Shown here: positions 22,370 through 35,210 of the stretch, one piece after another | Layout: every line of letters begins with the position of its first letter | How positions within the stretch are numbered: position 1 is the stretch's first letter | Source: Macrostomum hystrix | Lineage: Eukaryota > Animalia > Platyhelminthes | Length of the DNA: 64,000 bases | NCBI GenBank assembly: GCA_950097015.1 | Contig: CATNEN010000002.1 | Span: 3,782,001-3,846,000 of the forward strand | Reading direction: 5' to 3' | Notes under the pieces: model-generated | What the model saw: the letters and a program-made list of their open reading frames with translations, nothing else | What the model was told of the DNA's origin: nothing | The model's database searches: none | Program-made: the position numbers and the translations under genes

Positions 22370-24791
22370 ATGGGGTTACTCACAGTCTGCTCACTTACCT
22401 GGCCCATTCCTCAGCCTGTCGCACCAGCCGGAGCGCCTGTCCCCAGCCTGCCCCAGCGGCCCGGCCTCGTCTGGCAAGTCGGCGAGTTCGTTGAAGCCCA
22501 AGACGCCTGGGGCAACTGGACGCCGGCGAAGCTGCTGGCGGTCAGGCCGGACACGCAGTCGGTGCTGGTCCATTATCACAAATGGAGCGCCAAATTCGAC
22601 GAAGAAATCGACATGGCTAGCGACCGCCTCAGGCCGCTGAAAAAAACCGCCGTCGGCAACAAGCAGGCCGGCGCCGAAGCGACCGACGCTGCCGCCTTCA
22701 AGCCCGGCGATCTTGTGCTGGCCAAGTGGCGAGACACTCTCTGGTACCAGGCCCGGGTGGTGTCCGTGGACAGCAAAGGTCTCTACAGCCTGTTCTTCAC
22801 TCTGGACAGTTGGAAGGCTAAGGGATATCGGTAAGCGGCTGGGTCTGCTTGCGATCATAATCATGAGCATGACTATTATTGGTCATAGCTACGACTATAA
22901 TCACCTGTGACCAATATCACCTGTGACCAATTTCACCTGTGATCAGTATCACCTGTGATCAATATCACCTGTGACCAATATCACCTGTGACCAATTTCAC
23001 CTGTGATCAGTATCACCTGTGATCAATGTCACCTGTGACCAATTTCACCTGTGATCAGTATCACCTGTGACCAATTTCACCTGTGACCAAAAGCACGTAA
23101 CATTTGTATCATAATTAATGCCCATTCACAAAAGTAATTCGAATGGCAGTAACAATTCGTTAATAACAAAAAGGTAACGATCGAAACCCATTTGATGAAC
23201 TAGCAACTCGTATCTTGTAGTAACTTGTCATGAGTATGCTCAAAGTATGCTCAAACTGCTCCCCACATCTCGCCAGGGCCAGCCAGTTGAAGCCCTACAA
23301 TGAAGCCGAGGCCGAGGCCATCTTCGCTGCCCAATGGCCGACCACAGGCCCGTCCGAGATCAACTATGACCCCATGGTGCGCCGAATCCAGGAGAATTCC
23401 AGGCGCCGGCGCATGGAGAAACGCGGTGCCGATGGCAACGACAGCCGAGCCGAGGGTGGCACTCAGCAGCTGCTGAATTCCACCTGCCCGGAGTCGCTGC
23501 TGTCAGCTCAGCTGCACAGTCAGGAGGCTTCGCCCGGCCTTCTGTCGCAGTCGTTCAATGCAGCCGCCGCGGCCAAGACCAAAAAAACTGTCGATTCTCG
23601 TCGTAATCGACGTCGGCCAACGACTGGTAAAACTGAAGCCGCCGACAAGCAGCCGTCGCCAACGCCGCCACCGCAGACACCGCAGACACCGCAGCTGCCT
23701 CCGCTGAAGATGACTCTAAAGATTCCGCCGCCACCGCCCACGCCGCTGCCTCCGTCGGCTGACGGTCCGGAAGAGTCGCAGTCGGAATTTTCTTTGACCT
23801 TCGAAGAGTGCGCCGAAGATTCTGCGTCGCCTAAGCAGCAGCAGCAGCTGCAGCAGCAGCAGCAGCAAAGTCGCAAACGGCCTCCGTCTCCAGAAGTTCA
23901 AGAAGCCAGCACTCTGCCGAAATCAACGCCAACCGCCAAGCCTCCAGTGCCAGACTCCGGCTCCGACAATGACCAGCTTCCGCCGTCGAAACGATTCAAG
24001 CTTGACGATGCAGATTCGCATTGCGGTGGCAATGATGTTGATATGGACGATGCCAGCGGCGATGGACAGAATTTCGTTGCCGAAGCTGGCAGTTCGGCTA
24101 CAATGACCAGCGCTGCAGCTCTGCTGACTGCGGCTGATGCTGAGGCTGTGGAACAGTCAGTGGAACTTCCGCCTCCCCCGCCGCCCCCACCGCCGCCTAC
24201 CGAATCGCCAGGAGATGAACCGCAGCAGCAGTCGGAGCCGCGAGTGCCTAAGATGCGAGTCCGGCTACCCAAGCTGTCTGTGCCACCATTGGACAGATCC
24301 GCTTCCCTCTGCAGCCCCGCCCCCGCCTCCGCCTCCCTCGTCGGCCCGTCCTCGGCTGCCACCTCCACGCCGGGCTCCGAGGCGTGGGCTCCGCCGTCGG
24401 CTTCTTCGGCCGCCGCTGTCGACAAGCGGCGCTCGTTTGCCAACTTCGGAGCAGCCAGCCTCGGACGCAGCTTCAGCAGCAACAGCAGCAGCAGCAAGCG
24501 CAAGCTGTCAACTGAGCCCACAGTGCCAGCCCACTGGACCATCGAGACATTCGAATGCGACCAGTGCGGCAAGAGCTTCAGGAAGGAGAAACTGCTGGCC
24601 GATCATGTCAGATTTTATCATCGTCCAGGAGCTAAGTCTTCGGCGGCTGCCGCTGCTGCTGCAACCGCTGACTCCGCGTCATCGCCGCCGACAACCTCTC
24701 GACGCAGCGAAGCTGCAACAGCCGACGATTTGGAATCGCTGGTGTCCTCCAGCCGTGGCTGCGATCAGCAGGATTCATCAGATGTGGTCAG

Positions 24792-24846
<55 letters not shown>

Positions 24847-26497
24847 GCTCCGACTCGTCATCCGAAATCGTCAAAGTCCGCAGCAGCCGCAGCCGCCGCA
24901 GCTGCTGCCGCAGCCGCCGCCGCCGCCGAAGCTGCCGCGGCCGCTTCAAGCGTGGCTGTCGCCGACAAGCGTCGAGTTATTCACTGCCAGTGCGGCCGCA
25001 CAGACGAAGACGACATGATCCAGTGCGAGATCTGCCGAGCCTACCAGCACGCCAGGTGCGCCTCCAAGGCAGTGGACCTGCGCAGCATCCCGGATCTGTA
25101 CTACGTCTGCAACTACTGCCTGCACCCCAGGAAGGAGTTTAAATCGAGCCGGCGAACCTGGCATCACAAATGGCTGCGTCAGCCCAGCTCGGGGGCCCAG
25201 ACCTCACCGATGATGGACGTTGTCCGCCAGGTCATGGAGCTGTACGCTGTTATTCAGAAGGTGAGCAATTAACTGGGGCTGATTGGGATTATAATAGAAC
25301 CTAGATTGAAGATGGGATCATTGAAGAATAATGGATGGGATCATAGAGGAATAATAGATGGGATCATAGAGGAATAATAGATGGGATCATTGAGTAATAA
25401 TAGATGGGATCATAGAGGAATAATAGATGGGATCATTGAGGAATAATAGATAGGATCATAGATTAATCATATATAGGATCATAGATTAGTAATAGATGGA
25501 ATCATAGAGGAATAATAGATGGGATCATAGAGGAATAATAGATGGGATCATAAAGGAATAATAGATTGGATCATAGAGGAATAATAGATGGGATCAAAGA
25601 GTAATAATAGATGGAATCATAGAGGAATAATAGATGGGATCATAGAGGAATAATAGATGGGATCATAAAGGAATAATAGATTGAATCATAGAGGAATAAT
25701 AGATTGGATCATAGAGGAATAATAGATTGGATCAAAGAGTAATAATAGATGGGATCATAGAGGAATAATAGATGGGATCATAGTGGAAGAACTGCAAGCC
25801 ATGCTGCCGCAGTCACCTCACCCCTAATCGTCATACTGGCCTGCAGCTGAAGCGGTTGAACACCGACATTCACACCCGCCTCATTAAACTGGCTCCGGAT
25901 TTGGCTGACAAATCACCCGAAGAGATTCGTCAACTTTTGCACCTGCACAATCAGCGGCAGCAGCAGCAGCAGCAGCCGGGAACCGCTTCCTCGTCTTCCT
26001 CTTCAACAGGAGCTGCTTCGGCTTCGGCGAATGCCTGCCCCGCCGCGTTGCCGTCTGGTCGGAATCGCCTGGACTCCGTTGGCGAGCTGGCCGACTTCCT
26101 GCCCAGTCTCGAGTTGGACCAGCTCGAGAGCCTGCTCGGCGCTGCTGGCCCGGACGATGTCGGCGAGATTGGCAGCGTCCTGAGCCTCCCGCCTCCTCCG
26201 CCGCCACCGCCACCGCCGCCTCCGCCGCCTGCGCCAGTCTCGCATTATCATTCGCAGTCGTCGACTCTGACGCCTGGCGCTGTCGCCGAGGCCAACCAGC
26301 TAACCGCGCTTCTGTGCGCCCAGCAGGCCCTCAGTCACCTCCTCGCCGCCGTCACCGCCAAGATGGCCGAGCTGCGCGGCCGGCCCAGCTGCCGGTCTCT
26401 GGCCGACCGGACACCGCGGACACTGCGGCCTCGCCTGCCAGCATTGCGCAACAACCTCATCAAACTGCGGCGTCTGGCCGGACTGCCCAGGAAGTGA
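22370..26497 (+). CDS. PHF20: PHF20/PHF20L1 (MBD-R2-like) chromatin reader: two Tudor domains, C2H2 zinc finger, PHD finger. Exons 22370 (or acceptor 22415)-22830, 23277-25260, 25847-26497
   Basis: Tudor 1: QRPGLVWQVGEFVEAQDAWGNWTPAK...VLVHYHKWSAKFDE...LRPL. Tudor 2: FKPGDLVLAKWRDTLWYQARV. C2H2: CDQCGKSFRKEKLLADHVRFYH. PHD: CQC...MIQCEICRAYQHARC...CNYC. Domain order and sequence match PHF20. Junctions cg|gtaagc..cag|g (phase 2) and aag|gtgagc..cag|ctg (phase 0) fit. The true start is uncertain because 22415 has a good acceptor, so an upstream exon may exist. Confidence 0.9.
22905..23090. repeat. 16-bp minisatellite (ctgtgaccaatttcac), PHF20 intron
   Basis: Direct inspection. Confidence 0.9.
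25310..25785. repeat. 23-bp minisatellite (gggatcatagaggaataatagat), PHF20 intron
   Basis: Direct inspection. Confidence 0.93.
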
Positions 26498-26519
26498 ACA
26501 ATTCTTCGATCAGTGCACT

Positions 26520-26910
26520 TATCTCTGATCCCAATTACCTTCCCTCTGATCCCCATAACCCTTCCTTCTGATCCCCATAACTTTTATCTCTGATCCCCAT
26601 AGCCCTTATCTCTGATCCCCATAACCTTCCCTCTGATCCCCATAACCTTCCCTCTGATCCCCATGACCTTCCCTCTGATCCCCATGACCTTCCCTCTGAT
26701 CCCCATGACCTTCCCTCTGATCCCCATAGCCCTTTTCTCTGATCCCGTAACTTTATCTCTGATCCCCATAACCCTTCCCTCTGATCCCCATAACCTTCCC
26801 TCCGATCCCCATTACCCCTATCTCTGATCTTTATTATCTTTCTCTCTGATCCCCATTACAACCATTACTAATCCCAATTACCTTCATCTGATCCCCATTA
26901 CAATAATCTC
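26520..26910. repeat. ~22-bp minisatellite (ctctgatccccataaccttcc) just after the PHF20 stop
   Basis: Direct inspection. Confidence 0.9.
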
Positions 26911-28336
26911 TGATACCTATTACCTTAATTACTCTTCTCTTTTCCATGTTAAATTAATTTATAAACTTTTTTTCTATCGAAGGCACCTGGCCTATTTATG
27001 GCCTTAAAAATATTGGTTGAAAAATATATAAAACAACTTTTTGTTGTTTAGTCTGTGGCAGGTTTTTTATCCAAAGTGTGAGTTTTCCTTGTCATTTAGG
27101 TGTAACTTGAATGCAAAAAGTGGGTAAATGTAAATACATATAATCATTTTCGCAGTGCTGTCAATTGCATATTTTTCAATTAAATGTTTTTTTCGCGTCG
27201 CTATCAAGAAGCATTGATTTTTTAATTAAAAAATATTATTGCTTCTCAGTCCAGCAATTTTCCGGTCTTTTTCAACTCGAATTTTTTATTCCCGGAAAAC
27301 GTGTTTCTTCGCTTATATCCCAAAATCAGGCAAATTGGTGTAGAGACAAAGTGCCTATTTAGTAAAATTGGAGCTGCTAATAAAAAATTCTAAATCTAGT
27401 TTCTGTTAACTGGGCCAATTTGTGTATTCTAATCTACCATCCTGATTGTATGTTTCAGTGTTTATTGCAATTCTTTGAATTTTGAATATTCGCAACAAGG
27501 CAAGGCTGCAATCTAGCGTTAATTATTTGCTAGTTCCCTGCTCCAAATTTTCTATATCCAGTGAATTGCATCTCTCATTTTTTGTGTAATTTGTGAATTT
27601 CCTGTGTCTTGCGAGTTAAACATCTTTTGTAACATTATTTCCATGTAAAAAAAATTTTATCTGTAGCATGCAACTATAAAATATACACTCGTCCGAGGGC
27701 AAGGTTAAAATGTTATTTTGCTCGTTTTTACGTGGGATGAAAACGGTAATTAAAAAAATATGTTTCAACTATGACTTCTATGAATTTTTTACATCTTGTA
27801 TTTTAATCTAATGAAAACGGCAATGACGTCTTTTACTCAAGCAAGCTTTGGATTTTACTACCTCAAAGCAATTAAACGTATAAGCAGCACGTGACTTTGG
27901 TCAGCAATCTAAAATCATTTTATTCAAAAAAAGTTTGTTGATTTTACGGGTCCTTGTACTAATTGACTAATTACTAATACTAATACTAATACTGCTACTA
28001 TTTGACTAAACATCGTTGGTTCAGTTTTCAAACTTCAATATTTATTTAAAGATAGGTTGTTAATGACGACTACTCTTTATAGATTCATGGTAAAAGTGTT
28101 TCAAGGTCAAATTTTAATTAGCGTATACATAAAAATACTGCACAGAAGCAATAAAATTTTATTTTATCGTTTAATATTTTTAAGATAAGTATCACTTTGT
28201 TTTAATTTGAATGTGTTCGATACAGGTCTCCAGATTCAAATAAGTACAAACAAAACATTTTTTAGAAGTCTCAACTTTTTCCAACAAGTCCAACGATAAT
28301 AATCTTAAAAAATCGACGCTTGAATTGCTTGAAACA

Positions 28337-30985
28337 ATGAAAATTCTTATTCTGACAGCAGTTTTTACTGTTCTGCTGCTCGGTGTGTCAGCTGAAGAGC
28401 ATCACAAGAGATGCTGCGCCTCTTGCAAAGCTAATTATCCGAATGCTCACCATCTTAAGCATGTAAGTGTCTTGTGTGTCTAGAAGAATAAAACAATTAT
28501 TTTTATATTGTGTTAATAGTGCTTACTATGTTTTGCTGTGTGACTATTTTATGTTTTACTAACAAAGCTAAGTAGCTAATTGAAATTTAAACTAGGCCTA
28601 CTCTTTCAAATCATGCTTGTTTTTATAGATTTTGTAGTATTTATGGTCTTTTTGGACATACTTTGGCCTTGCTTTGACCTGGTGTTGTGGTTTTATCTTT
28701 GTTTAGAATTTTTTGCAATGCCAAGCCATAGCTAATTTGCTAATAGTAGCTACACAAGTTCTACATTTGTAGATTTAAACACTATAAGGCTAGCACTATT
28801 AGGCCTATAAGTGTTCAATTATTTAAATAGTTTTTTTTCAGTAGTGTCCCTTTAAAAGTATTAGTTCCTGTATAAGTTGATGAATGATATGTGTTAACTA
28901 TGTTTTAGGAAATGTATGGAAACATGATTAATCAGATGTTTCATATTTTTTGGTAAGAATTCCTAAGAATAATAATTTATATATGTAATTTTAAGGTAAG
29001 ATAGCCCTAGCTATAATATAGGCATAGCTGTAGATATATATATATATATATTAGTAAAATAATCATTTATGTAATGATTATTAGATGTAATTACATTTTT
29101 TGTTTTGACAGTGTTCTTTTTTATCATTTTCAATAGAAAAAGCTGGGCTAATAATTCATTAATATGTTTTATATTAATAATGTTATTTTAGAGTTGCAGA
29201 TATGTGAGCAAATGTTTTTTGTTTTATATTAGGTAGCTAATTTCCTTTAAAATTTACAAAAGTTGTTATGTGTTTAGCTATATAAATTACAATCATAACC
29301 GCACTGATTTTGCTCAATTTGTTCAGTCGTGCTTGCATGGCTGTCGCCTGTACTCGATGATCTACCTGGCCCATGACAAGAGCATTGCCAGCACTGAGCT
29401 AACCAAAATGTGCTCCAAGTCCTGCCAGAGTGGACTCACTGGCACCACAAATCCACCAGACCTAACCAATGCCTGCAATGTTGGCTGTCGAGAGCAGGAG
29501 CAGGTGTTCAAGGAGCATGGAATGTCCGAGCACGGTGCCAAGATGTCTGTCATTCATGGCGTTGGCATTCTGCCAATCATGAAGTCGGATGCTCCATTCC
29601 ACCAGCGCATGCTCCAGCACATGCGTGAGATGCACAACCGCATGATCGAGGCGATGAAGAGTGCCAAGTATGCTGTGATTCAGCGCATCCAGATCAGAAT
29701 CCACTCGCTGCCTGCTGGACCAGATGGCAAGCCGCGCTACCAGGTTAGTATTTTTCCTCTCAGTTTACTAGCCGGGAGCTTCTAGCTTACCTCAATGAAC
29801 ATCAGACCGGCAGGTCGGGAGTTCGAGTCTCAGTCAGAGAAAAACCATTTATGCCCTTGAGGAATCACTTGGCTCTAAAATAAGATCTAGCATTAGCTGG
29901 ATTTATCTGTTTGTCTACTAGCCTTAAAATTTTAAACCGATATGTATCAAAATATTGTCTTTTTTAACCGATTTGTATCGAATTAAACGATTTCGTGTCG
30001 CCTCATTTTTCCAGGTGGAGATTCACCAGCACCGCATTCCGCTACCCTTCGGCCGCAACTTCTTCGGCCCCGCCACCGACGACGCCACCAAGGCCGACAA
30101 GCCCGGAGCCGCGCCTCCCCCGCCCCCGATGGGCCACCGTCCGCTTCTTGGCGGCGACGATCACGACATGATGCCGCACCACGGACCTCGCGGACACCAC
30201 GGCGAATTCGACGGACACCATCGCGGACCGCACGGCCATCAGCACCATCATGATCGCCACCACCCCCACGGACCGATGTACCGCGTGCGCCACTTCTTTA
30301 GCGACATGTCCGAGCCCGTCAAGACCGGCCTGCGTTGGTCCCTGCTGGCCATTCTTATCATCTCAGTGCTCTGCCTTGGCTGGCTCTGCTGCCGCGCCTG
30401 CCGCCGCATCGCCAGCGGCCAGCGCCAGCATCAGCCGCTGTCACTGACCAAGGCCTTCACCAAGAAGAAGGTGAGTTTGTTCACCATTCAAACTTCACCA
30501 TTCACCATTCTCAGTCACGTGATTCACCATATATAATCACGCAGTTCTCCATTCACAGTCCTGTGATTCACCATTCACAGTCATGTGATTCACCATTCAC
30601 AGTCATGTGATTCACCATTCACAGTCCTGTGATTCAGCATTTATAGTCATGTGATTCACCATTCACAGTCAACGTGATTCACCATTCACAGTCAACGTGA
30701 TTCACCATTCACAGTCATGTGATTCACCATTCACAGTCGTGTGATTCACCATTCACAGGCATGTGATTCAGAATTCCCAGCCACGTCATTCATATTTCCG
30801 TTTACCAGTTTTATCACACTCGCATTATTCACGACGTTTTGTTCGCCACCCCGTGATTTGCTTCGCAGCCGAGCGTCCAGTCGGGTGACATTTTCTACGT
30901 CGACGTGAGCGCCAAGAAGCCGCTGATTGAAGATGACAGCCTCGACGCCAGCTCGAAGGAGGAGACACAGAAGGATTCGGTTTGA
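28337..30985 (+). CDS. TMEM59: TMEM59/TMEM59L-like (BSMAP-domain) type I membrane protein. Exons 28337-28462, 29327-29743, 30015-30470, 30869-30985
   Basis: Signal peptide MKILILTAVFTVLLLGVSA. The Cys pattern CCASCKANYP...SCLHGCRLYSM...CSKSC...ACNVGCREQ resembles TMEM59 (CQRGCRLFSI...CESAC...ACHLGCQNQ). One TM helix (WSLLAILIISVLCLGWLCC) and a short cytoplasmic tail. All three introns are phase 0 GT-AG. Confidence 0.8.
29805..29877 (+). mobile_element. Short SINE-like remnant, family B, in TMEM59 intron 2
   Basis: ggtcgggagttcgagtc (B-box-like) followed by atgcccttgaggaatcactt (CORE-like). Confidence 0.35.
30480..30770. repeat. 22-bp minisatellite (gtgattcaccattcacagtcat), TMEM59 intron 3
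   Basis: Direct inspection. Confidence 0.9.
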
Positions 30986-31570
30986 ACAGATCTGAAGCCG
31001 ATTGATGAATAAAATCAAGAAAAAAACAGTTGAGGAAGAAGAAAGAGTGAAAGTACTTGAAGAAGAAGTGATGGACTTTGTGGTTGAAACTTATTGACGA
31101 AGGCTGAAACGTTTTCTTTTTCCTCGAAGTTGCTGTGAGAAATCAGTTTTTAATCATCTTGTTTCTGAAGTGGTGATTTGTATAAACACTTTGTCTCTAC
31201 ATTATCACTGTTTTTTCTCTCATTATTTTTATTGTGTCTGTACAAAGAAATCGGATACTATTCCACCGTAAATTATTTTCTCTTTTTTTAACAAAAGTTA
31301 CATCCAATTTTCGTTATTTATTCGGTGTAGATTTTCCTAGCTTTTTGTTGCAAAACAACATTTTTGTTGCTGGTTTTTGTTTTGCTAAAATGTCTTTTTA
31401 GAAACACTTATATCAGCGTAAGAAGAAGATGGCTGTTTTCAGTCTATCGCTTTCGCGTTCTGTTGTCTTTTTCTCCAGCTAACTTTTAATGACGGTTTTT
31501 GTGTTTTGTTTTAAGAAAAGTGTGCTTTTTAGACTTTTCGTTTCTAGCTCTGTGCGGGGCCTTTAGAACG

Positions 31571-31584
31571 GTTGCTATGGAAAC
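31571..31584 (+). promoter_or_regulatory. RFX X-box motif GTTGCTATGGAAAC upstream of NUDT2
   Basis: Matches the GTHNYYATRRNAAC consensus; 45 bp upstream of a candidate alternative first coding exon. Confidence 0.5.
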
Positions 31585-32033
31585 TGGTAGATACACGGAT
31601 ACAGATGTAGCTAGAATAGCTCTGCTTCCATGCCATTTTTCTCCCTATCTATCCCCTTCGACTTCAACAACTGGCTGTGGGGCAGATCCCGCAGTAAACC
31701 TGTCGCAATGGCAAAAATCAATACGACAATAGTTACCGGGTATGAGATATTAAGGCAGAGTGACTCAGCCAGGGCTGAACTGTACACTCCACCCACTGTA
31801 CACTCCACCCACTGTACTGTACTATAGGCCTATGCTCGCTATGGGCATAGCGGAACAAACTCCTACCTAAAGGGATCTTTTTTTCATCAGATCCTTGAGT
31901 TTGTGCACTTTAGTACCTACTCTGCTATGCTCCATCAACTGAAAGCCCTATGCTAATTCGTTTCAACCAGTGATTCTAGAGTCTGAAATTAAACTTTTTT
32001 TTTTAAAACGGAAAAATTAACACTCGCTTTTTT

Positions 32034-32075
32034 ATTGGCATGTCTGCTCATGTTACCATGCCTGCACTATATAAG
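32034..32075 (+). promoter_or_regulatory. Possible NUDT2 proximal promoter (reverse CCAAT plus TATATAAG)
   Basis: ATTGG at 32034-32038 and TATATAAG at 32068-32075, about 0.5 kb upstream of the ATG. Confidence 0.3.
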
Positions 32076-32588
32076 CTGACGCTTTGTACTACTGCCAGCC
32101 GAACTCTTCTATTTTATTTTTCTGCTACTAAGCAACTGTGTTTATTTAGCCAGCAGTATCAAATCTCTCTTATTTTTCCCAATTTTTTTCTTTCGTGTTT
32201 TTCTTCTCGTCCTAACTCGTAATAGTAAAACAAGTGAACTGAGAATTCGACCGCCCTAACAGCAGTTACAGCTCTTCAGTAAATATAAAATGCGCACTCA
32301 AGAAATCGCCACTTTAAAATATTTTTAAGCTCTGAAAAGCATCGCCCAATATCCTATTCCAAACATAATCGACAAGTTTTTGTTTTCTTGTGCTGCTTTT
32401 CTGCTATTTCTCCTAGCAAGGCTGTGGTCAATTTGTGAAAGTAACGTAAAATGTTTCTATTACTACTATGAGTAGAATAAGTGTGAAGAAATGTGAAAAT
32501 TCACAGGTTTTCCATTTGCGTTTTCTTTCAGCTCACTTCACTGATTTTGTAGGTTTTGCACTACTCTAGTCTGCAAGTCTCAGTGACA

Positions 32589-33819
32589 ATGACTTCAGCC
32601 CCTGTGGCCGCCTCAGGCATCGTTATCTACCGTACACTGGCAGCGGCAGCAGCTAACAGCCAGGCCATTGTGCAGTATCTACTGATGCACGCCTCCTATG
32701 AGAAGGGCCTGTGGACGCCACCCAAGGGTCACCAGGACCCCGGCGAAGATTTGAGACAGTGCGCCATCAGAGAGACTGAGGAGGAGTGCGGACTCAGGGA
32801 GGAAATTCACTTCAGACTGATTCCTGAGTTCTCACACTCAATTAGCTATTCGGCTTTCGGGTAAGGTCTCCTGCCCCATCTGCTCTTCAGGCTCCTGCCC
32901 CATCTGCTCTTCAGGCTCCTGCCCCATCTGCCCTTCAGGCTCCTGCCCCATCTGCCCTTCAGGCTCCTGTCCCATCTGACCTTCAGGCTCGTGCCCCATC
33001 TGCCCTTCAGGCTACTGCCCCATCTGCCCTTCAGGCTCCTGTCCCATCTGCCCTTCAGGCTCGTGCCCCATCTGACCTTCAGGCTCGTTGCCCCATCTAC
33101 CCTTCAGGCTCTGCCCTTCAGGCTCTGCCCTTCAGGCTCGTGCCCCATCTGTCCTTCAGGCTCGTGCCCCATCTGACCTTAGGCTCCTGCCCCATCTGCC
33201 CTTCAGGCTCCTGTCCATCTGACCTCCAGGCTCCTGCCCCATCTGCCCTTCAGGCTACTGCCCATCTGACCTTCAGGCTCGTGCCCTTCTGACCTTCTGG
33301 CTCATGCCCTATCTGCCCCTGAATCTATTTTGGATCTAACCTGAATCTGCGCTGAATCTAGCCTGAATCTACCCCGAAAGACTACCTGAATCTACACTGA
33401 ATCTATTCCGAAACTAACCTGAATCTACTCTAAAATCCTACCTGAGTCTCTCTGAAATCCTACATAAATCTACTCTGAAATCCTACATAAATCTACTCTG
33501 AAATCCTACATAAATCTACTCTGAAATCCTACTTGAATCTACCCTGAAATCCTACGAGAATCTTCCCTGAAATCCTACGAGAATCTTCCCTGAAATCCTA
33601 CGAGAATTTACCCACTTATGCTCCTTTAGCAAGCCAAAGAGTGTGACGTACTACCTGGGCGAGGTGTTAAGCCCGGACGTGCCAGTCAAGCTGTCGCATG
33701 AGCACAATGAGTTCGCCTGGTGCAGTCTGGACAAAGCCGTTGAACTAGTCCGCTTCAAGGAGACCGTCCAAGTGCTGCAGTTGGCCGATGAGTATATTCG
33801 GGCCAACACCGGAAAATAA
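32589..33819 (+). CDS. NUDT2: Bis(5'-nucleosyl)-tetraphosphatase (asymmetrical Ap4A hydrolase), Nudix family. Exons 32589-32860, 33630-33819
   Basis: WTPPKGHQDPGEDLRQCAIRETEEECG Nudix box and KPKSVTYYLGEV...VKLSHEHNEFAW closely match human NUDT2 (WTPPKGH...RETQEEAG; KPKTVIYWLAEV...IRLSHEH). The intron gg|gtaagg..ttag|c is phase 2. Confidence 0.95.
32868..33615. repeat. Two adjacent minisatellites in the NUDT2 intron: 24 bp (ctcctgccccatctgcccttcagg) then ~23 bp (gaaatcctacataaatctactct)
   Basis: Direct inspection; they switch near 33320. Confidence 0.88.
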
Positions 33820-34959
33820 CATACAATGTTCCCGAGTTTATTCGTTTGTGCAGTAATTTTACTATAAACGGTATGTTTGTAACCTTTCGTATGAATAATA
33901 ATCTTGATTAAATAAACTGGATTCAAACTGCATTTTTCGGCATGTATATGTCCGTGAAACTATTTTTTATTTAGAGAACAAAGGACAGTCCGCATCAGTT
34001 GCGTAAATAATGACTGCTCCCAAAATACACACCTTGCCGGGACGAAAAATGATCACTTTTATTATCTTGTCAATCAACAGTCTTTGGGTAGTAAAAATTA
34101 GTTTAAATCGTGTTTCTAAAACACGTAAAAACACGTAAATACATAAAAATGGTCTTGAAAATATGTCGTGGAAATTAACGCTCTTTGCGCATAAACTACT
34201 TTCAACACAATAATTACAAGTAGTATCTGCGGGATTTTGTTTACGTTTTTTTGTGCAGCGTCCGACAAAGAATTACGCGATTAGGGCAGGCCACGGGAGT
34301 TCGATTCCCCGCTCGGCATGCAACAAACGTACTGTTTGGCCTTTCTAAACCTTTCCATTTGTTGCTATTAAGCAAGTTTATAGCTCGTTTAGTTTAAAGC
34401 TTTCATATTTTTATATATAATTTAACAGCAAGGGCAGAACTAAGCATGGCAAAACACAATGCGCGAAAAATGTGCAGACAGAGTGAGGGACAAAAGTACA
34501 TGTATCCATAGCTTCACAATGGCGAACTAATCTTACACGCTGCAAACATAAACGCAACTTACAGAACATTTGGACCTAACAAAGAGATAGAGAGGGAAGA
34601 TACACAGACGAATCGAAGCGGTTCTGGACAATGCAGCAAGGTTGAAAAAGAATTACGCTAACAAAATAAGACGCTTTTTATTGCGCTGTGGATCATTTAT
34701 AGGAACTGCAGGCGCTGTGCTATGAAATTGAGTTTGCATTGGTTAATTAAAATAGACCGCATGTACATTGGTATGCAGATTTTGTCATACGATCCTTGAA
34801 ACATGATTGTGCTTAAATTTTTGCTAATCTGAAATCGCCTCTCCTGGCAAAAAGGCTATGACTAAACATTTATTTGAGCTTTAAACAGTTTTTACCACTT
34901 CCAGTCACCTCGCTTGACGTTGAGTCATTTCTGCTGAGCTTTCTAACATTAAGCTACAT

Positions 34960-35210
34960 GCCTACCACCCCAGACCTATACAGCTCCGATTTCACAGCCA
35001 CCTCACTCCGCAGTTATTTTCTGCCTAGCTTTCTACCCTTACGCTAGGCGCAGACCCACCCCAGACGTTCAAAACCACAACCACCTCACTCCGCTGTTAT
35101 TTTCTGCCCAGCTTTCAACCCTTACGCTAGGCGCAGACCCACCACCCCAGACGTTCAAAACCACAACCACCTCACTCCGCTGTTATTTTCTGCCCAGCTT
35201 TCAACCCTCT
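34960..35210. repeat. ~80-85-bp tandem repeat, about 3 copies
   Basis: cacctcactccgc..ttattttctgcc..agcttt..acccttacgctaggcgcagaccc...cagacgttcaaaaccacaac recurs. Confidence 0.8.

Noticed and set aside
34280-34320. gggagttcgattcccc tRNA T-arm-like motif
   Set aside because: No acceptor stem, D-arm or anticodon arm can be built; not a tRNA gene.
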